DNA of 63,436 nucleotides, the filler included, from Chiloscyllium plagiosum (lineage: Eukaryota): the NCBI RefSeq assembly GCF_004010195.1. It is 4 parts of one record of this genome, joined end to end, with 100 filler letters (N's around TTAATTAATTAA, not from the genome) between each part and the next. Parts side by side here need not be neighbours in the genome. Positions count along the whole stretch, not along the records: positions 1 to 17,857 come from NC_057710.1; positions 17,958 to 44,755 come from NC_057710.1; 2 more parts are not named here. The stretch is one strand, 5' to 3'. Positions 14,090-27,400 of this stretch are shown in pieces. Made by a program: the position numbers and the translations under genes. The notes below the pieces were generated by a model. The model was not told the DNA's origin. It saw nothing but the letters and a program-made list of their open reading frames with translations, and ran no database searches. Each line of letters opens with the position of its first letter. Position 1 is the stretch's first letter.

Positions 14090-16245
14090 TTAGAATAGTA
14101 CAGCACAGTATAGGCCCTTTGGCTCTCAATGTTTGTCAACCTTTTATCGTATTCTAAGAACAAGCTAACCTACATACCCTTCAGTTTACTATCATACATG
14201 TGCCTAACCAAGAGTTGCTTAAATGTCCCTAATGTATCTGACTTTACTACCACTGCTGGCAGTGCATTCCATGCTACCACTACTCTATGACATCACCCCT
14301 AAACCTTCCTCCAATCACCTTAAAATTATGCTCCCTCGTGATAGCTATTTCCACTCTTGGAAGAAGTCTCTGGCTATCCATTCTATCTGTGCCTCTCATC
14401 ATCTTGTACACCTCTATCAAGTAACCTCCTCTCCTTCGCTCTAATAAGAAAAGCCCTAGCTCCCTCAACCTTTCTTCATAAGATATGGCCTCCAGTCCAG
14501 GCAACATCCTGGTAAATCTTCTCTGCATCCTCTCTAAAGCTTCCACATCCTTGCTATAATGATGCAACAGAAATGAACACAACATTCCAAGTATGGTCTA
14601 ACCAGGGCTTTATAGAGCTGCAGCATAATCACATGGCTCTTAAATTGAATCCCCCTGCTAATGAAAGCCAACACACCATACCCCTTCTTAAAAACCCTAT
14701 CAACTAGGATGACAACTTTGAGGGATCTAAGGAGGTGGAGCCCATGATCCCTCTGTTTCGGCTCACTGCTAAGAATCCTGCCTTTAACCCTGTATTCAGC
14801 ATGCAAATTCAACCTTCCAAAATGAATCACTTCACACTTTTCCAGGGTGAACTCCTTCTATCACTTCTCAGTCCAGTTCTGCATCCTGTCAATGTCCATT
14901 GCAACCTACAACTCCCCCAACCTTCTTGTCATCAGCAAGCTTACGAACCAACCAACCACTTCCTCATCTAAGTCATTTATAAAAACCACAAAGGAGCAGA
15001 GGTCACAGAGCAGATCCCTGCAGAACACCATTGGTCACTGAGCTTCAGGCTGAATACTTTCCATCTAGTACCACTCACTGTCTTCTAAGGGCCAGCCAAT
15101 TCTGTATCCAGACAGCCAAATTTCCCTATATCTCATGCCTCCTTACTTTCTGAATGAGCTTACCATGGCTAACATTATCAAACACCTTGCTAAAATCCAT
15201 GTACACTACTTGCACTGCTCTACCTTCATCACTGTTTTGTCACATCCTCAAAGAATTTAATATGGTTTGTGAGGCATAACCTGCCCCTCACAAAGCCATG
15301 CTGACCATATGTAATCATACTATTGTTTTCCAAATTATCATAAATCCAGTCTCTCAGAATCCTCTCCAATAATTTCCCCACCACAGATGTAAGACTGACT
15401 GGTCTGTAATTCCCAGGGTTATCCCTATTCTCTTTCTTGAACAAGAGAATAACATTTGCCCTCCAATGATTTGATACTATTCCAGTGGACAATAAGACAC
15501 AAATATCATCGCCAAAGGTGAGCAATCTCTTCTCTTGCTTCCCATAGTAAGGTTGGTTATAGCCCGTCTAGCCCAGGAAACTTATCTATCCTTTTCAAAT
15601 TTTCCAGCAAATCCTACTTTGTAACATCAACCTGCTGAAGCATATAAGCTTGTTTCATGCTTTCCTTACAAATATCACGGACTCTCACTGGTGAATACTG
15701 AAGCAAAGTATTCATTAAGGATCTCCCTTACAGCTTTTGACTCCAGGCACAAGTTCCCTTCACTATCCCTGATCAACCCTACCTTTACTCTGGTTAACCT
15801 CTTCTTCCTCACATTACTGTGGAACGCCTTAGGGTTTTCCTTAATCCTACCTGGCAAGGCTTTTTCATGCCCCCTTCTAGCTCTCCTAAGACCATTCTTC
15901 AGTTCCTTCCTGACTACCTTGGAATCCTCTACAGCCTTGCTTCCTCAACCTTAACTAAGCTTCCTTCTTCCTTCCACATCTCTTGTCATCCAAGGTTCCT
16001 TCACCCTAACATCCCTTCCTTGCCTCAGTGCGACAGGCCTGTCCAGCACTCTCAGTAAGTGCTCACAAAACAATCTTTATATTTCTGTCATGAATTTCTC
16101 TGAGAATATCTGTTCCCAATTTATGATCAACAGTTCCTGCCTAATAGCATTGTAATTCCCCCTCCCCCAATTAAATACTTTCCCATACCATCTGCTTCTA
16201 TCCCTCTCCATGACTATATTAAAAGTCAGGGAGTTGTGATCACTA
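14090..16245 (-). mobile_element. CR1 LINE ORF2 (RT) with internal deletions, 3' end at left
   Basis: NPGNYRPVSLTSVVGKLLERI...QHGFVRGRLCLTN (15229-15525); LYKALVRPYLECCV; LERMQRRFTRMLPGL. Confidence 0.92.
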
Positions 16246-16489
16246 TTCAGCCCATTCAGAGATGCTGTCACACACCTCTGCAGCAGACAGACCTAAGCCT
16301 TTTGGTCCAGAGGTGAGGACACTGCCACTGCACTTCAGGAGCCCCATAAGTTTCTGTTTGAAGATAGTTCTACTCAACATATTCAGATATGTTATTACAT
16401 GCCTTTGGAGTAGGTGTGACTTGAATCTGGGTCTCCTGGCCCAGAGATAGAATCTATGCCACGAGAGTCCTTTATCCTTTGTATACAAG

Positions 16490-17005
16490 GTACAGTTATT
16501 TTGAGATTGTGCCCTCAGGCCCCAGACTCTGCCAGAAGGGGAACCAACCCTTTCCATATCTACCTTGTCAAATCCCCTAAGAATGTTGTATATTTCAATT
16601 AGGTCACCTCTCATCCTTCTATATTGCATCAAATACAGGCCCAGATACTCAATCTCTACCTCAGGAAACAGTCCCTCCATATATGGTATCAGCTAAGCAA
16701 ACCTTCTCTGGAATTTTTCCAATGCCAGCATATCTTTCCATTGATAAGGGGCTCAAAACTGTTCAGTGTTCAGCTGTGGTCTGACTAGTACCTTAGACAG
16801 TTTCAGCAAAGGCTCTCTACTTTTATATTCCATTCCTTTTGAAATAAAAGCCAATATTCAACTTGCCTTCCATATTCACTGGCGGGCTTGAATCTTAGTT
16901 TCTTTTGTGATTCATGCATGAGGAGTCTCAGATCCCACTTCTGTAACTTTCTGCAGTGTTTCTCCATTTAAAAAAACATTCAGCTCCTCTATTCTTTCTG
17001 CCAAA
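16490..17005 (-). mobile_element. CR1 LINE fragment
   Basis: ORF 16243..16680 contains RRMRGDLIEIYNILRGFDKVD. Confidence 0.75.
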
Positions 17006-17651
17006 CTGCAAAACCACACAAGAAGCAGGAGAAAGAAATGTGCTTCTTCCAAGTCTAACACGCTACTTTTAAACTATGTTATTCTTAATGCCTCCCTCTC
17101 CATTCTCTCCCAACCAATTTTGGGTCTGGCCTTATGAAGCAGCCTTCCTCTTCAGCTTGCCTCCTGCTTGTCTCTCAGCCTGGCTCTAAGCAGAAAACTG
17201 ACAGGAAAAGAAATTGAAGGAGCCCTGCAGTTTAAAAGATGCAGGGAAGCGACTTCTCCCAAGTTTCCTGACCTCAAACCTACCCCACCTCCCACCCACC
17301 CCCTACATTGTGCAGAATGTGTTTCCAGGCCAAATTGAATTTCTTTGGTGTTTGTGGGAGAGGTTGTTTATCTTGGCATTACGAATAATGTTTGTAATTT
17401 CATGACTAAATGTGAACTGTAAGTGCATGTGTAGTTTGCAATCAATCAATGCAGAATTTCCTTTTTTTTATATAGGTTAATCTGTGTTCCTATAGATGAG
17501 AACAGCTTCTGACTCTCTCGGAGTAAGGGATGTGAAACCTTTTACAAACTGTGCCCCTCAAAAATAGTAGTTAGACATTTATATGTCATAGTGCTCAGGG
17601 CAACAACCAGCTTATTCCTTTGCAATCTTGATGACTCTTCAGGTAACACTT

Positions 17652-17857
17652 ATAGAACATAGAACATAGAAGAATACAGCGCAGTACAGGCCCTTCGGCC
17701 CTCGATGTTGCGCCGATCCAAGCCCACCTAACCTACACTAGCCCACTATCCTCCATATGCCTATCCAATGCCCGCTTAAATGCCCATAAAGAGGGAGAGT
17801 CCACCACTGCAACTGGCAGGGCATTCCATGAACTCACGACGCGCTGAGTAAAGAACC
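17652..17857 (-). mobile_element. Young CR1 LINE 3' end, cut by the gap
   Basis: (ATAGAAC)n tail followed by cagcgcagtacaggcccttcggccctcgatgttgcgccg; CpGs retained. Confidence 0.85.
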
Positions 17858-17957
17858 NNNNNNNNNNNNNNNNNNNNNNNNNNNNNNNNNNNNNNNNNNN
17901 NTTAATTAATTAANNNNNNNNNNNNNNNNNNNNNNNNNNNNNNNNNNNNNNNNNNNN
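17858..17957. other. Artificial assembly linker/gap
   Basis: 44 N + TTAATTAATTAA (stops in six frames) + 44 N. Confidence 0.98.
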
Positions 17958-18446
17958 TCCCCCTCCCACTCCACCAAGGATATGCAGGTCTTTGGACTCC
18001 TCCATCGCCAGACCGCAACAACACGACGGTTGGAGGAAGAGCGCCTCATCTTCCGCCTAGGAACCCTCCAACCACAAGGGATGAACTCGGATTTCCCCAG
18101 TTTCCTCATTTCCCCTACCCCCACCTTGTCTCAGTCAAAGCCATCGAATTCAGCACCGCCTTCCTAACCTGCAATCTTCTTCCTGACCTCTCCGCCCCCA
18201 CCCCAGTCTGACCTATCACCCTCACCTTGACCTCTTTCCACCTATTGCATTTCCAACGCCCCTCCCCCAAGTCCCTCCTCCCTACCTTTTATCTCAGCCT
18301 GCTGGACCCACTTTCCTCATTCCTGAAGAAGGGCTTATGCCCGAACATCAATTCTCCTGTTCCCTGGATGCTGCCTGACCTGCTGCGCTGTTCCAGCAAC
18401 ACATTTTCAGCTCTGATCTCCAGCATCTGCAGACCTCACTTTCTCC
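17958..18446 (+). mobile_element. Penelope-like element (Neptune-type) 3' end with pLTR
   Basis: RRLEEERLIFRLGTLQPQGMNSDF (GIY-YIG C-terminus); pLTR with ctgaagaagggcttatgcccga. Confidence 0.88.
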
Positions 18447-20330
18447 ATTCACCTATCAGAGCACCATCTTTGAATCGGCTTCATCAACAAATCTAAAAAG
18501 TGTTGTATGACTGAGTCAGAATGGCTGCCACTCCTACCAGTTTATTCCAATGTGGAAGAGACAACTTTGGATTTGCACCCAATGCTGGCGCAGGCTTGGA
18601 AGGGCTGAATTCTCAGTTCGAAGTCAGCATATAGCAGCCCAAAGCTTTTCATTGTTGTTTATATGCTGTTAGAATACTGCCAATGCCAAGTGGGTGTTTG
18701 ATGGTGAAAGAGAGTGGGAAATCAACAGGATCTTAAATTGAGTATGTTAATAGGTACACCAGCATGTGTGTATAAGAGAGTGAGTGTGTTTGAGAGGAAG
18801 AGCACTCCAATACATTCATGCCCCATGGAAAATACTCACATAAAGATGTCTGGGTTATTCCTTGAGCATTCACCAATAATTCCTTTCCAGACCACTGATT
18901 AGGCAACCCAAATCTGGTACAACAGGGTACAGTATAAGCATGCCGATTGTCTATTCACAGTTTTAACTCAAATTTACTTCAGGTGAGGCTCTGGGCATTA
19001 AACAGGCGTTAAATTGCCACCCTGTACCTTCCCACTCCTCACCAATTCTGATCTACAGTTTGCCTGCTTCTCAAGTGCAAATGATCTCTGGAATCCCAAA
19101 ATGATTACTGTCCTGAATCATGGAACAATGAGCATACTTAAACAGCCGTACACTTATTTTAGGTGGGCAGGTTGCTCAAAGCTTTACAGATGCCCTCCCA
19201 AGTAACACAACAGACAGGCCCCAGTCATCAATGGCGTGGCCAAAATACCTTGCCCCATGATTTTCAACTGTTAATCATCTGTTTTTCCCACCCCAGACAA
19301 AGAGATATTCAACCACTGAATATCATCCTCACCCTGTAATTCTGCTCAACTCATTATTTCCCAGTACTTCAAAAAAGATATACTTCATCTCCTCAGACTT
19401 TCAGATGACTACAATCCCTCTTTGGCAACTTCCTCTCTTTTGAGTTGATGGTTTGTGCCTTGGTGGTCACCTCAGAGTTAAACATTGTCTATTATTGTTC
19501 AGGGGACTAACTTTGCCAGTGATTGCTCCATATTTATTCCAAAATATTCACTCTTCCTTTGAATCCACTGTTGGCAGACATGTTTTCAGCTACGTAAGCC
19601 ATCTACCTGCTCCTCTTCATTGTATCGTCCATTGCACCTCTGGAACTTCAAGAAGACCAAATGGAGAGTGTGAGTTTTGTAAGACAGGTGGAGATTACTA
19701 GGATGAAGTGTTTTAAACAAGAACAAAACAAATTTAATTGTACGTGTCGAGAGATTGAAAGCCAGTGTAGCTCAGTGAGGAAAGCAGTACCAACTGAGTG
19801 AGATTTGATGTGGGATAGCCTCAGACAGCATAGTTAACCAGAGTGCTTATAATAGTTGAGAATGATAACAAGGTATAATCAGAACCACAATTGTTAAAAT
19901 GCACATTTCTAAATCTAATCAATTAACTTAATTCTCCCTCTGCAGTTCTAATTTTCTACCCAGAAACAATAAATGGTAGGCACGTTTATGCCAATAAATA
20001 TTTGATTCTAAGAATAGGGTACGGCTGGAAAAATTACAATTGCATCTAAATGATTAAAAATTAGGCTTTGGCCCTAATCCTAAAATATATATTTATCGTT
20101 CTCGTGATGTTGGCAAAGGTAACAATTCTCGTCCCTTCTTGAACTGTTGCAGAGCAGCTTTACATGACTAAGTTGCTTGCTAGGCCATTTCCAGAATGCA
20201 GTTAAGAGTCAACCATGTGGTGTGGGACAGGGCCACAAAACACACCAGCAAGTTTCCTTTCCCAAATACAACACATGTTTAAAAACGAGGACATCAGAAC
20301 ATAGCACAACCTTCCTAGCGAAAGACTTAC

Positions 20331-20477
20331 CAGATGGCAGTTAGTTGGTTTGCCATTCATGTCAGTGGAAGGTGGAGTCAACAGTTGCCAATCACGGCCT
20401 TTATTGTAGGTGATGTAGGTCTTCACTTTACCATTCGATTTTTTATTAGCTAAGAAAACCCCTTTAATTCCCTGCAC
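20331..20477 (-). CDS. SORCS2: Next coding exon (147 bp, about exon 10) of SorCS2
   Basis: Acceptor tttggccttatAG, donor CTG|GTAAGT, phase 0/0. VQGIKGVFLANKKSNGKVKTYITYNKGRDWQLLTPPSTDMNGKPTNCHL includes the Asp-box-like TYNKGRDW and follows the 180-bp exon in frame. Confidence 0.92.
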
Positions 20478-21259
20478 CTATAAGGCCAAAGAATATGGTA
20501 GAAGAAAGAAGACAAAAAAAAATGATTTGCTGGGGGCAAAAACAAATTTATACAGTTTCCCAACTTGGGGCTAAGTTTGAATGATTGCTGTAAAATATCC
20601 TCAAAGCCAAAATGTCACATTGATTAATATACAGCCAAGATAATCAAAGTAGCTTTCAAATTCTAACAAAAGATGCTGGTGGCTAAAACAAAGCCAGAAA
20701 TGTCACTAAGAAATAGGATTGAGTAGAGTGAGTTATGAAAATCTATTAAGAGCTGATGGATGAAAGACATGCACATATCAGACACTATTGCATTGTAATT
20801 TGTCCCTGTTGGTAATAGACCCTTGAGTAACAGATTGCTTTGCTAATTGCAATATACAGTGTCATTCATCCAAGCAGGAAAACACAATCTAAAAATAACA
20901 CAAACAATTGTTTCCCTAGTTATTTCAGATCTTCCATTCATTTTTCAGAGATCACATATATATAAAACTATGTTTGATACATATAAATAAACTTATTTAA
21001 ATATACACAGTTGTAAACATTACACACATACCATCATTGCTCTTTTTGTTACAAACAAAAGCAACTGAATTCTGATTCTGGATCTGTACTTTTCACTTTT
21101 TAAAATATTCCTCCATTTTAATCTGTACCACAAACCATTCTTTAACAAGAGGCTTTTCGGGTAACACATTAAGGGCCCAGCTCCATTGTTGCTCAATTTC
21201 TATGTACAGAGGTGTGAAACACTCCGAGTTGCTTCATTCTTTCCACCCTGGAAGCTCCC

Positions 21260-21388
21260 TGCCTGATGAAGGGCTTTTGCCCAAAACGTGGATTTTCCTG
21301 CTCCTTGGATGCTGCCTGACCTGCTGTGCTTTTCCAGCACCACTCCAATCTAGACTCTGATTTCCAGCATCTACTGTCCTCACTTTTG
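21260..21388 (+). mobile_element. Solo Penelope pLTR fragment
   Basis: cctgatgaagggcttttgcccaaaacgtggattttcctgctccttggatgctgcctgacctgctgtgc, similar to 18320-18446. Confidence 0.8.
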
Positions 21389-24300
21389 CCCCATTCTTTC
21401 AATTTCCTACTCTCCACCCTGGTCAAGAGATTCTTTGGATTGAATCTTTCTACTGCTGAAGGCGATAGGCTTGGAGGTGGGAAGGAGATAGAATTAGGTC
21501 AGGCAGTAGTAAACCCAACCAATCTCATTGCTGCTGAATTTAAGTTCTCGATGAGAAGGACCAAAATCGACCTTCCTATTTTGCCGTTAACTGAGGTGCT
21601 TAAGTGACCAACTAAAAACTACTCAAGAGCCTCAGCCCACCGCCCCTGTTATTACCTGATTTATAAACCACAAGACTGGTCAATCTGTGCATGCTGTCTG
21701 TCAGCCTTGGGTCAGAGATTAATCAAGAGACTGGACATTGGGTTGTGAGTGCTGAAAGTTTTGATTCCCAGCCTCACTTTCCCTATAACCCCTAACCTGA
21801 AACACTCCCTCATCAAATCACTTATTTTTGGGAGACCAGGAGTGCTTTTCCAACAGTATTCACTACTTTTTCCATGGCAGTACTGAGGGCAAGAGTTACT
21901 GGCTGATTCCTAGCTCTTGTGTGATTTGGCTGGGCTTCACGGAAGAGAGTGCACAGGTCCTGACCACGGCAACAAGATTCCACCCTTGGTGTTCTTTCAT
22001 CCTTACCAAGACCAGGAACACACTGTGGGGAGTCACATCTACAGACTGTGCAGTGCACCAATATGTGGTGGATTGTTGGGTTTTGGGTATTAACACTGCT
22101 TTAAAATTGAGTTATTTTCCCCCTTTCAGTACATTGCAGACTGCAAACTCCTTCATAACCAATAGGATTCTGTGGTATGTCAGTAAGAGACAGTTAAAAT
22201 TGAGCGAACTACACCAATCCAAAAATGCCCTGTTCACCAAAGAATCAGGGAGCTGTGACAGTGATTACTAATATTTCAACATTCTGGATATGTGCTGTGC
22301 CACTCACATAGTCAGACAAGCATTCATCCTGCCTGTGATTATTATTAAAATTCCACAAGGAACACAAGATCAAAAAAAAACAAAGTTTGAAATCTCTAAA
22401 AAGCAGTTTAATTATTCAAGGCTAATGCTTCCTTACCCTTTGGTCAATGATACCACAAAAGAATGTGATTGACTGAAATAAATATCCTGTGAGGATGGAT
22501 ACCAGGTCAGGACAGGACTTTTTTTCCAGCCCCTTGCAATTTCTCATCCATAAGTGGCTCATTGACAACATCTGAAAACATAGCAGCTTCCACATGTAGA
22601 CTGGCAATACACAGCTCTATCTCACCACTACTTTTGGGTCTGCGGGTTTACTGCACATATATAATTAAGTCCCAACAGGATTCTCATAAATGGTGGCTGA
22701 AATATCCCAGCAGTACTGGAATACAATTGTCACTGTCATGCCACAAAAGGTGTCTGGGTTATTTATCGGTACAGAAGGGTCCGTAAGATCAATGCTAAAG
22801 AGAGTAGTCTGTGAAAAGGTATGAATGGGATGGGGTAGTGGGCTATAGGTAGGGAGGTCCCTTCCATGCCCTCTAATACCATTCCCCAAACTCAGAGCCA
22901 ACACCCAATTTTCCCAGATCCACTGGCAATCCAGTGAAATGGCAGCTAGTGAGAAAGATGGGAGGGAATGTGACCTTGGTTGCACCTACAACAGATTCAG
23001 TGCGTGAGTGATAGTAGTCCAGTGGCACCTTCTATTGGGCAGACTTTACCTCACTCTCTGTAACAATTCGAGCAATTTTCTGATGGATTCACAAAAAAGA
23101 ATCGAGCCACTTATTCTCCCCAGCATGCACTGCTTGATAGCAATCACGTCAGAAATTCCAACAATATATCTAATCCTAAGCTTAGGACACTGACTTTGGC
23201 AGAGATCAGATGGCAGTCCAGTTCTGAGATTGGATCTGGGGCTTTCCTGATTTGTATAGAAGATAGAAATGGTGAAATGTTTTTATAACAGATTGAGCAG
23301 CATAATTGGTAAGAAATTATCTACATTATATAAATAACCACAGTACGTTTTCCAATAGTTGGCATGCCTAGAAAAAGATTTTGTCTTTGTACTTTCTCTC
23401 CCACTGGAAACAATTACCTTGTTCAGTATTCCAAACAGTTGTGCAATTCACATGTTAATTTAGCACGATGTAACATCCCCGTGGAATATTAAACAATTCC
23501 AATTCATGTCTGCACTCCAAGTTGGCTGTGACTCATCTCAGTCCTCAATCTGTATCCAACCCTTGAGCCACTTTTATTTTGCAGCTATTTTCATTTCAGC
23601 ATCAAGTTGACTGTCTACCTGCTAGCACCATACATTCATTGCACCCTTCATCTACTGTGGGTCCCTTCCATATTAAGGGAGCTGGATGCAGGAGCGCAGA
23701 ATCTAAGAGGCTGATTCATTAAAACTGGTCTTTTTGAACTCAGTGGCAATACAATTATATCTTGTCACTCGCAATATCTGAATGGTAAGAGCCTAAAACA
23801 GTCATTGTCTCCCCAGTATTCCTCCATCCTGGAAATTTTGTACACCCAGAACCAAAGACAGATTTCCCCATGAGCCCACACTGCCCATAACCCAAACATT
23901 TGCTTCATCTGCTTTATGGCAGTGAAATGAAGAAATGCACTTTAGAAAATAGAAATGGAGAGTTATGTAAAAATAAATAATAACTTTACCGGCTCACAGC
24001 TGCATCGTGCTGAAAATTGAAGACTGCTGGCATATATACAATTACCTGCTTCCATTATTATAGCTTTCAGCCACATTACAAGAAAAAAGACCAATCAGGA
24101 GTCATGCTTCTAAATATCACCCAGTACCTCTGCTTGAATATATGTACAGCTGAATAGTGAATAATGTGAGAATATCTGATTCAGACCCCTGATTTCCCCC
24201 CATTTCAATCTGCCAGTTCTATGATTTTGAGCCACTTTGTTGAGTTACTGTTGGTTCCTATGTGAAACTGATTTAATGCCATTAAACTGATATAATAACC

Positions 24301-25618
24301 TGTAAAGAATCTATCCAATCATTAAAAAATCTGATTTCTGTGGAATTGCAATGACATCAAACTTCTAATATACTCTTCATTGTTTTTTTGTAATGCATTG
24401 TATTAGTTTATCCAGCTGTTAAAGTTTTAATCCCTGTCACATCAAAATTAGTTAAATATCAGATCATTTCTTCGCCCTTTACATTTCTCACCTGTCAACT
24501 TCCTGATGATTCCATTCTATCAAACAGGGAGCAATTTTACATAGATTAAGCAAACCTCAGCATTCATCCTCGTCTGTGTTGAATTAAACGATTGTTACAA
24601 ATGGACCCAGCAAGTGAGGGGAAAAAAAAAACAACCCTACTGATCACTGATTCAGCAATCCTGCATACATAGTCCTTAGATGGAAACAAAAGTGGGTTTT
24701 GATGGTTGTTAAGAGTCAAATACCCTGCCAATATTTACAGTTTAGGTTCTGGAGGGAAAACCATCACAGTGAGAAGTCAATAACTTCAAGAACGGTGAAT
24801 AGAAAACTGAGGGCAAAAAAGCTGAAGAAGTAAAATTTCCTGAAGAATTTATAGCTTTATTAAGTCTCAAAATTTGTAATAAGTAGTAAAGTGAATGAGC
24901 ATCAAACCGTCACATATCCTTTCTTGTCTACAGACAAAATATCGCCAAAACTCTTTAAGAATGAATTTTCAAGCCACAACAGATTCCTTTATCAACTGCA
25001 CACAACATTTGTAATTTTAGTCAGGTCTTTTGGGTCTACTTTCGCCTCAATTTTGGCAAAGATTCTTCTTCAATGAATAGTTCTACTACTGTGTTTGCAT
25101 CGATTCACACAACTACTATGCTGCCTTTTTTGTTAGCCATTCTGTGACTGAAGAACACAGGAGTTTTTTTAACCTTTAAGTTTCTGTCAGTTGCAAGAAA
25201 ATATCAGTATTCCTATCCTGTTGAGTTTTGTTTCTTTTTAGTTTTTGAAGTCACACCAGTATTATGGGAATAAAGGTTCTCAAACATCAAAAGTAGTTTA
25301 AACATGGGAGAAGTCCTTAATTATTGAATAACAATGTAAAATAACTGATAGCTTTTCAGGAATCTAGATATTAATTTTGTTTCCTCTCATTTTCACTTTA
25401 TCCCAAATTGAGGTGTTCAAATGATAATAAAATTTGCAATAGTCACAGGCATTGACTAAATCAAATATTTAAATTCAAATTGTTGCTACTTACGAAGATA
25501 GCCAATGCCTTTGATGTTATTGCCACATATTGAGTTCCAGTATGCCACTGAACAGACAGTATCTTTCAGTCAGTGTTACTGCATCCCTGTATTTTTGAAG
25601 TACTGAAGCAGTGTTTAC

Positions 25619-25798
25619 CTCATGAATATCTATCACAACATTTTCTTCTGGCTGTTTGGTACTCCTGACATCCTCTAGAGCGAGAGTAAAGTACACACCC
25701 TTCAGGTCCGACAGGTAGAGGCTGTAGGTGTCCGTCTGATGCCACTCCTTAACAGCCACAAATACTTGATTCTCATCCGTACTGATGATTTGCATGTC
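25619..25798 (-). CDS. SORCS2: Internal coding exon (180 bp, about exon 9) of VPS10-domain receptor SorCS2
   Basis: Minus-strand acceptor ttttttatcatctAG, donor GAG|GTAAAC, phase 0/0. DMQIISTDENQVFVAVKEWHQTDTYSLYLSDLKGVYFTLALEDVRSTKQPEENVVIDIHE is SorCS family; QIISTD/QVFVAV/DVRS..Q.EE.V.IDI and AFAP1 linkage favour SORCS2 over SORCS1/3. Confidence 0.9.
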
Positions 25799-27400
25799 CT
25801 AGATGATAAAAAAGATGATGCCACATAGATCAGAAATTATTGCACACATATTAACAGCAACGCACAAACAATTTTCTAACCAAATTGCATAATAATAGTG
25901 ATCATTCATCTAAGACTGCTATCAGTAAGAAACAGAAGGCTGAATATCTTTGAATGATCAGTCTGGCTCAATACCTACTCAGGACTCGGTTGTGCACAGA
26001 TGATTCAGTATGGTTGGGCTCAACTCATAGTATACCTCTCTCTGGACCAAAAGACAGCAGCTCCAAGCCTCATTTGTGCACTGAAGCATCCATTTTAATC
26101 CATTTTGTAGGATCAGAATTTAAATGCAAATACTGTCTCCCAATTTTCAATTGCATAACAGTAAATGAGGAAAATCCTGATAGTTTGTCAGGTTTTTCCC
26201 TCCTAATATCACAATAATATTTCTTCTCTTTCAGTAATTCAATTGCAGTAATGTAATCTCTTTGTCCACAGTTAACCATTTTGCAATAAAAAGAGATGCA
26301 TATTCTGTTGAGATTTACTTCAAACACCTTTTGCTAAATTTACAATTTGTTCCAAGTCAGGAATATTTCCAAATTTTTTTCAATGCTACAAATATTGCTT
26401 GTATGAGTATAGCATACCGTTAAACCCTGTAAGGTTGAAATGATCTTTAACCTTGTTAAAGTCATATTTGGAATCTACATTTTTCCAGTGTTGGAGAAGG
26501 GGAAAGAGCATGGCCAGGAAAGCAGCAGAGTACACCATTAGTTTAAATTCTCCTGAAGGATTGATGTTAGCAAAGTATAAAAGCATCAACATTGAATGTT
26601 GTTTTTTAAAACAAATCAGTGAACTCTGTCCAAACAGGTCAAAACTCAGATCTGATTACTATTGATTTTTAATTTTCTCGATTTTCTGAACTTAATTGCA
26701 ACATAACATTGCTGTAATCAAAAAAACATTATAGTTAAAATAAACCTTTGCAGCTGGTAATTGTGTCAATGAAATCATTTTTATTGATTTTGTTGCTAAC
26801 AGTGCATTTTGATAGTTGCCACCTCATAAATTAACGATGGTTTAACAATATCTCTGGAGCTACATGTTTTAAGGGAAGTTGGAAAACAGCACATCACGAA
26901 GATTTTATTTTAGATATAAAAAAGTAGAAAAATTGCTGACAAGGATAACCATTTTATGAAATTTTACTTCACTGTGTTTACACAATTGCTGAGCAATATA
27001 ATTTTCCATTAGGGCCCCCCAATATGTTCTTGACCTTGACCTTCCATGCAGATATGAAGGAGTTTACCTGCAATGTAAGCCAGACAGCAAGCTCTACAAT
27101 CCATCCAGAATGAAAGCGAAGACAACATACAGAACATCTTGATCAAATAACTCCCGTATGCAGATCATGTCACACTGGTCACTCAGATAGAAACTCAACT
27201 ATAAATGCCCTTGGATTGCTACTTCTATGTCTGTAATTACTTTTTCTTACTATAAATGTCAAGAAAAATGTGTTTACAGGACACAGTGTTACATCTCCCC
27301 TCTGCTCCCTTCTTAAAGTAAACATTATCCATTGGAAGTGATTAGCAAATTGAACGTCCTTCTCATCCACAGTGGCACAATCTGTTCTGATATTGAATTC

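Noticed and set aside
17902..17913. TTAATTAATTAA palindrome repeated three times
   Set aside because: Synthetic six-frame stop linker centred in N runs.
24041..24070. IIMEAG|gtaat resembling the end of the next SORCS2 exon
   Set aside because: Wrong order (between the 180- and 147-bp exons) and no HLHL.W..NPY upstream.
26070..26327. KKYYCDIRRE as the preceding SORCS2 exon
   Set aside because: Lacks the KLPKYxLPK ending and matching splice sites.
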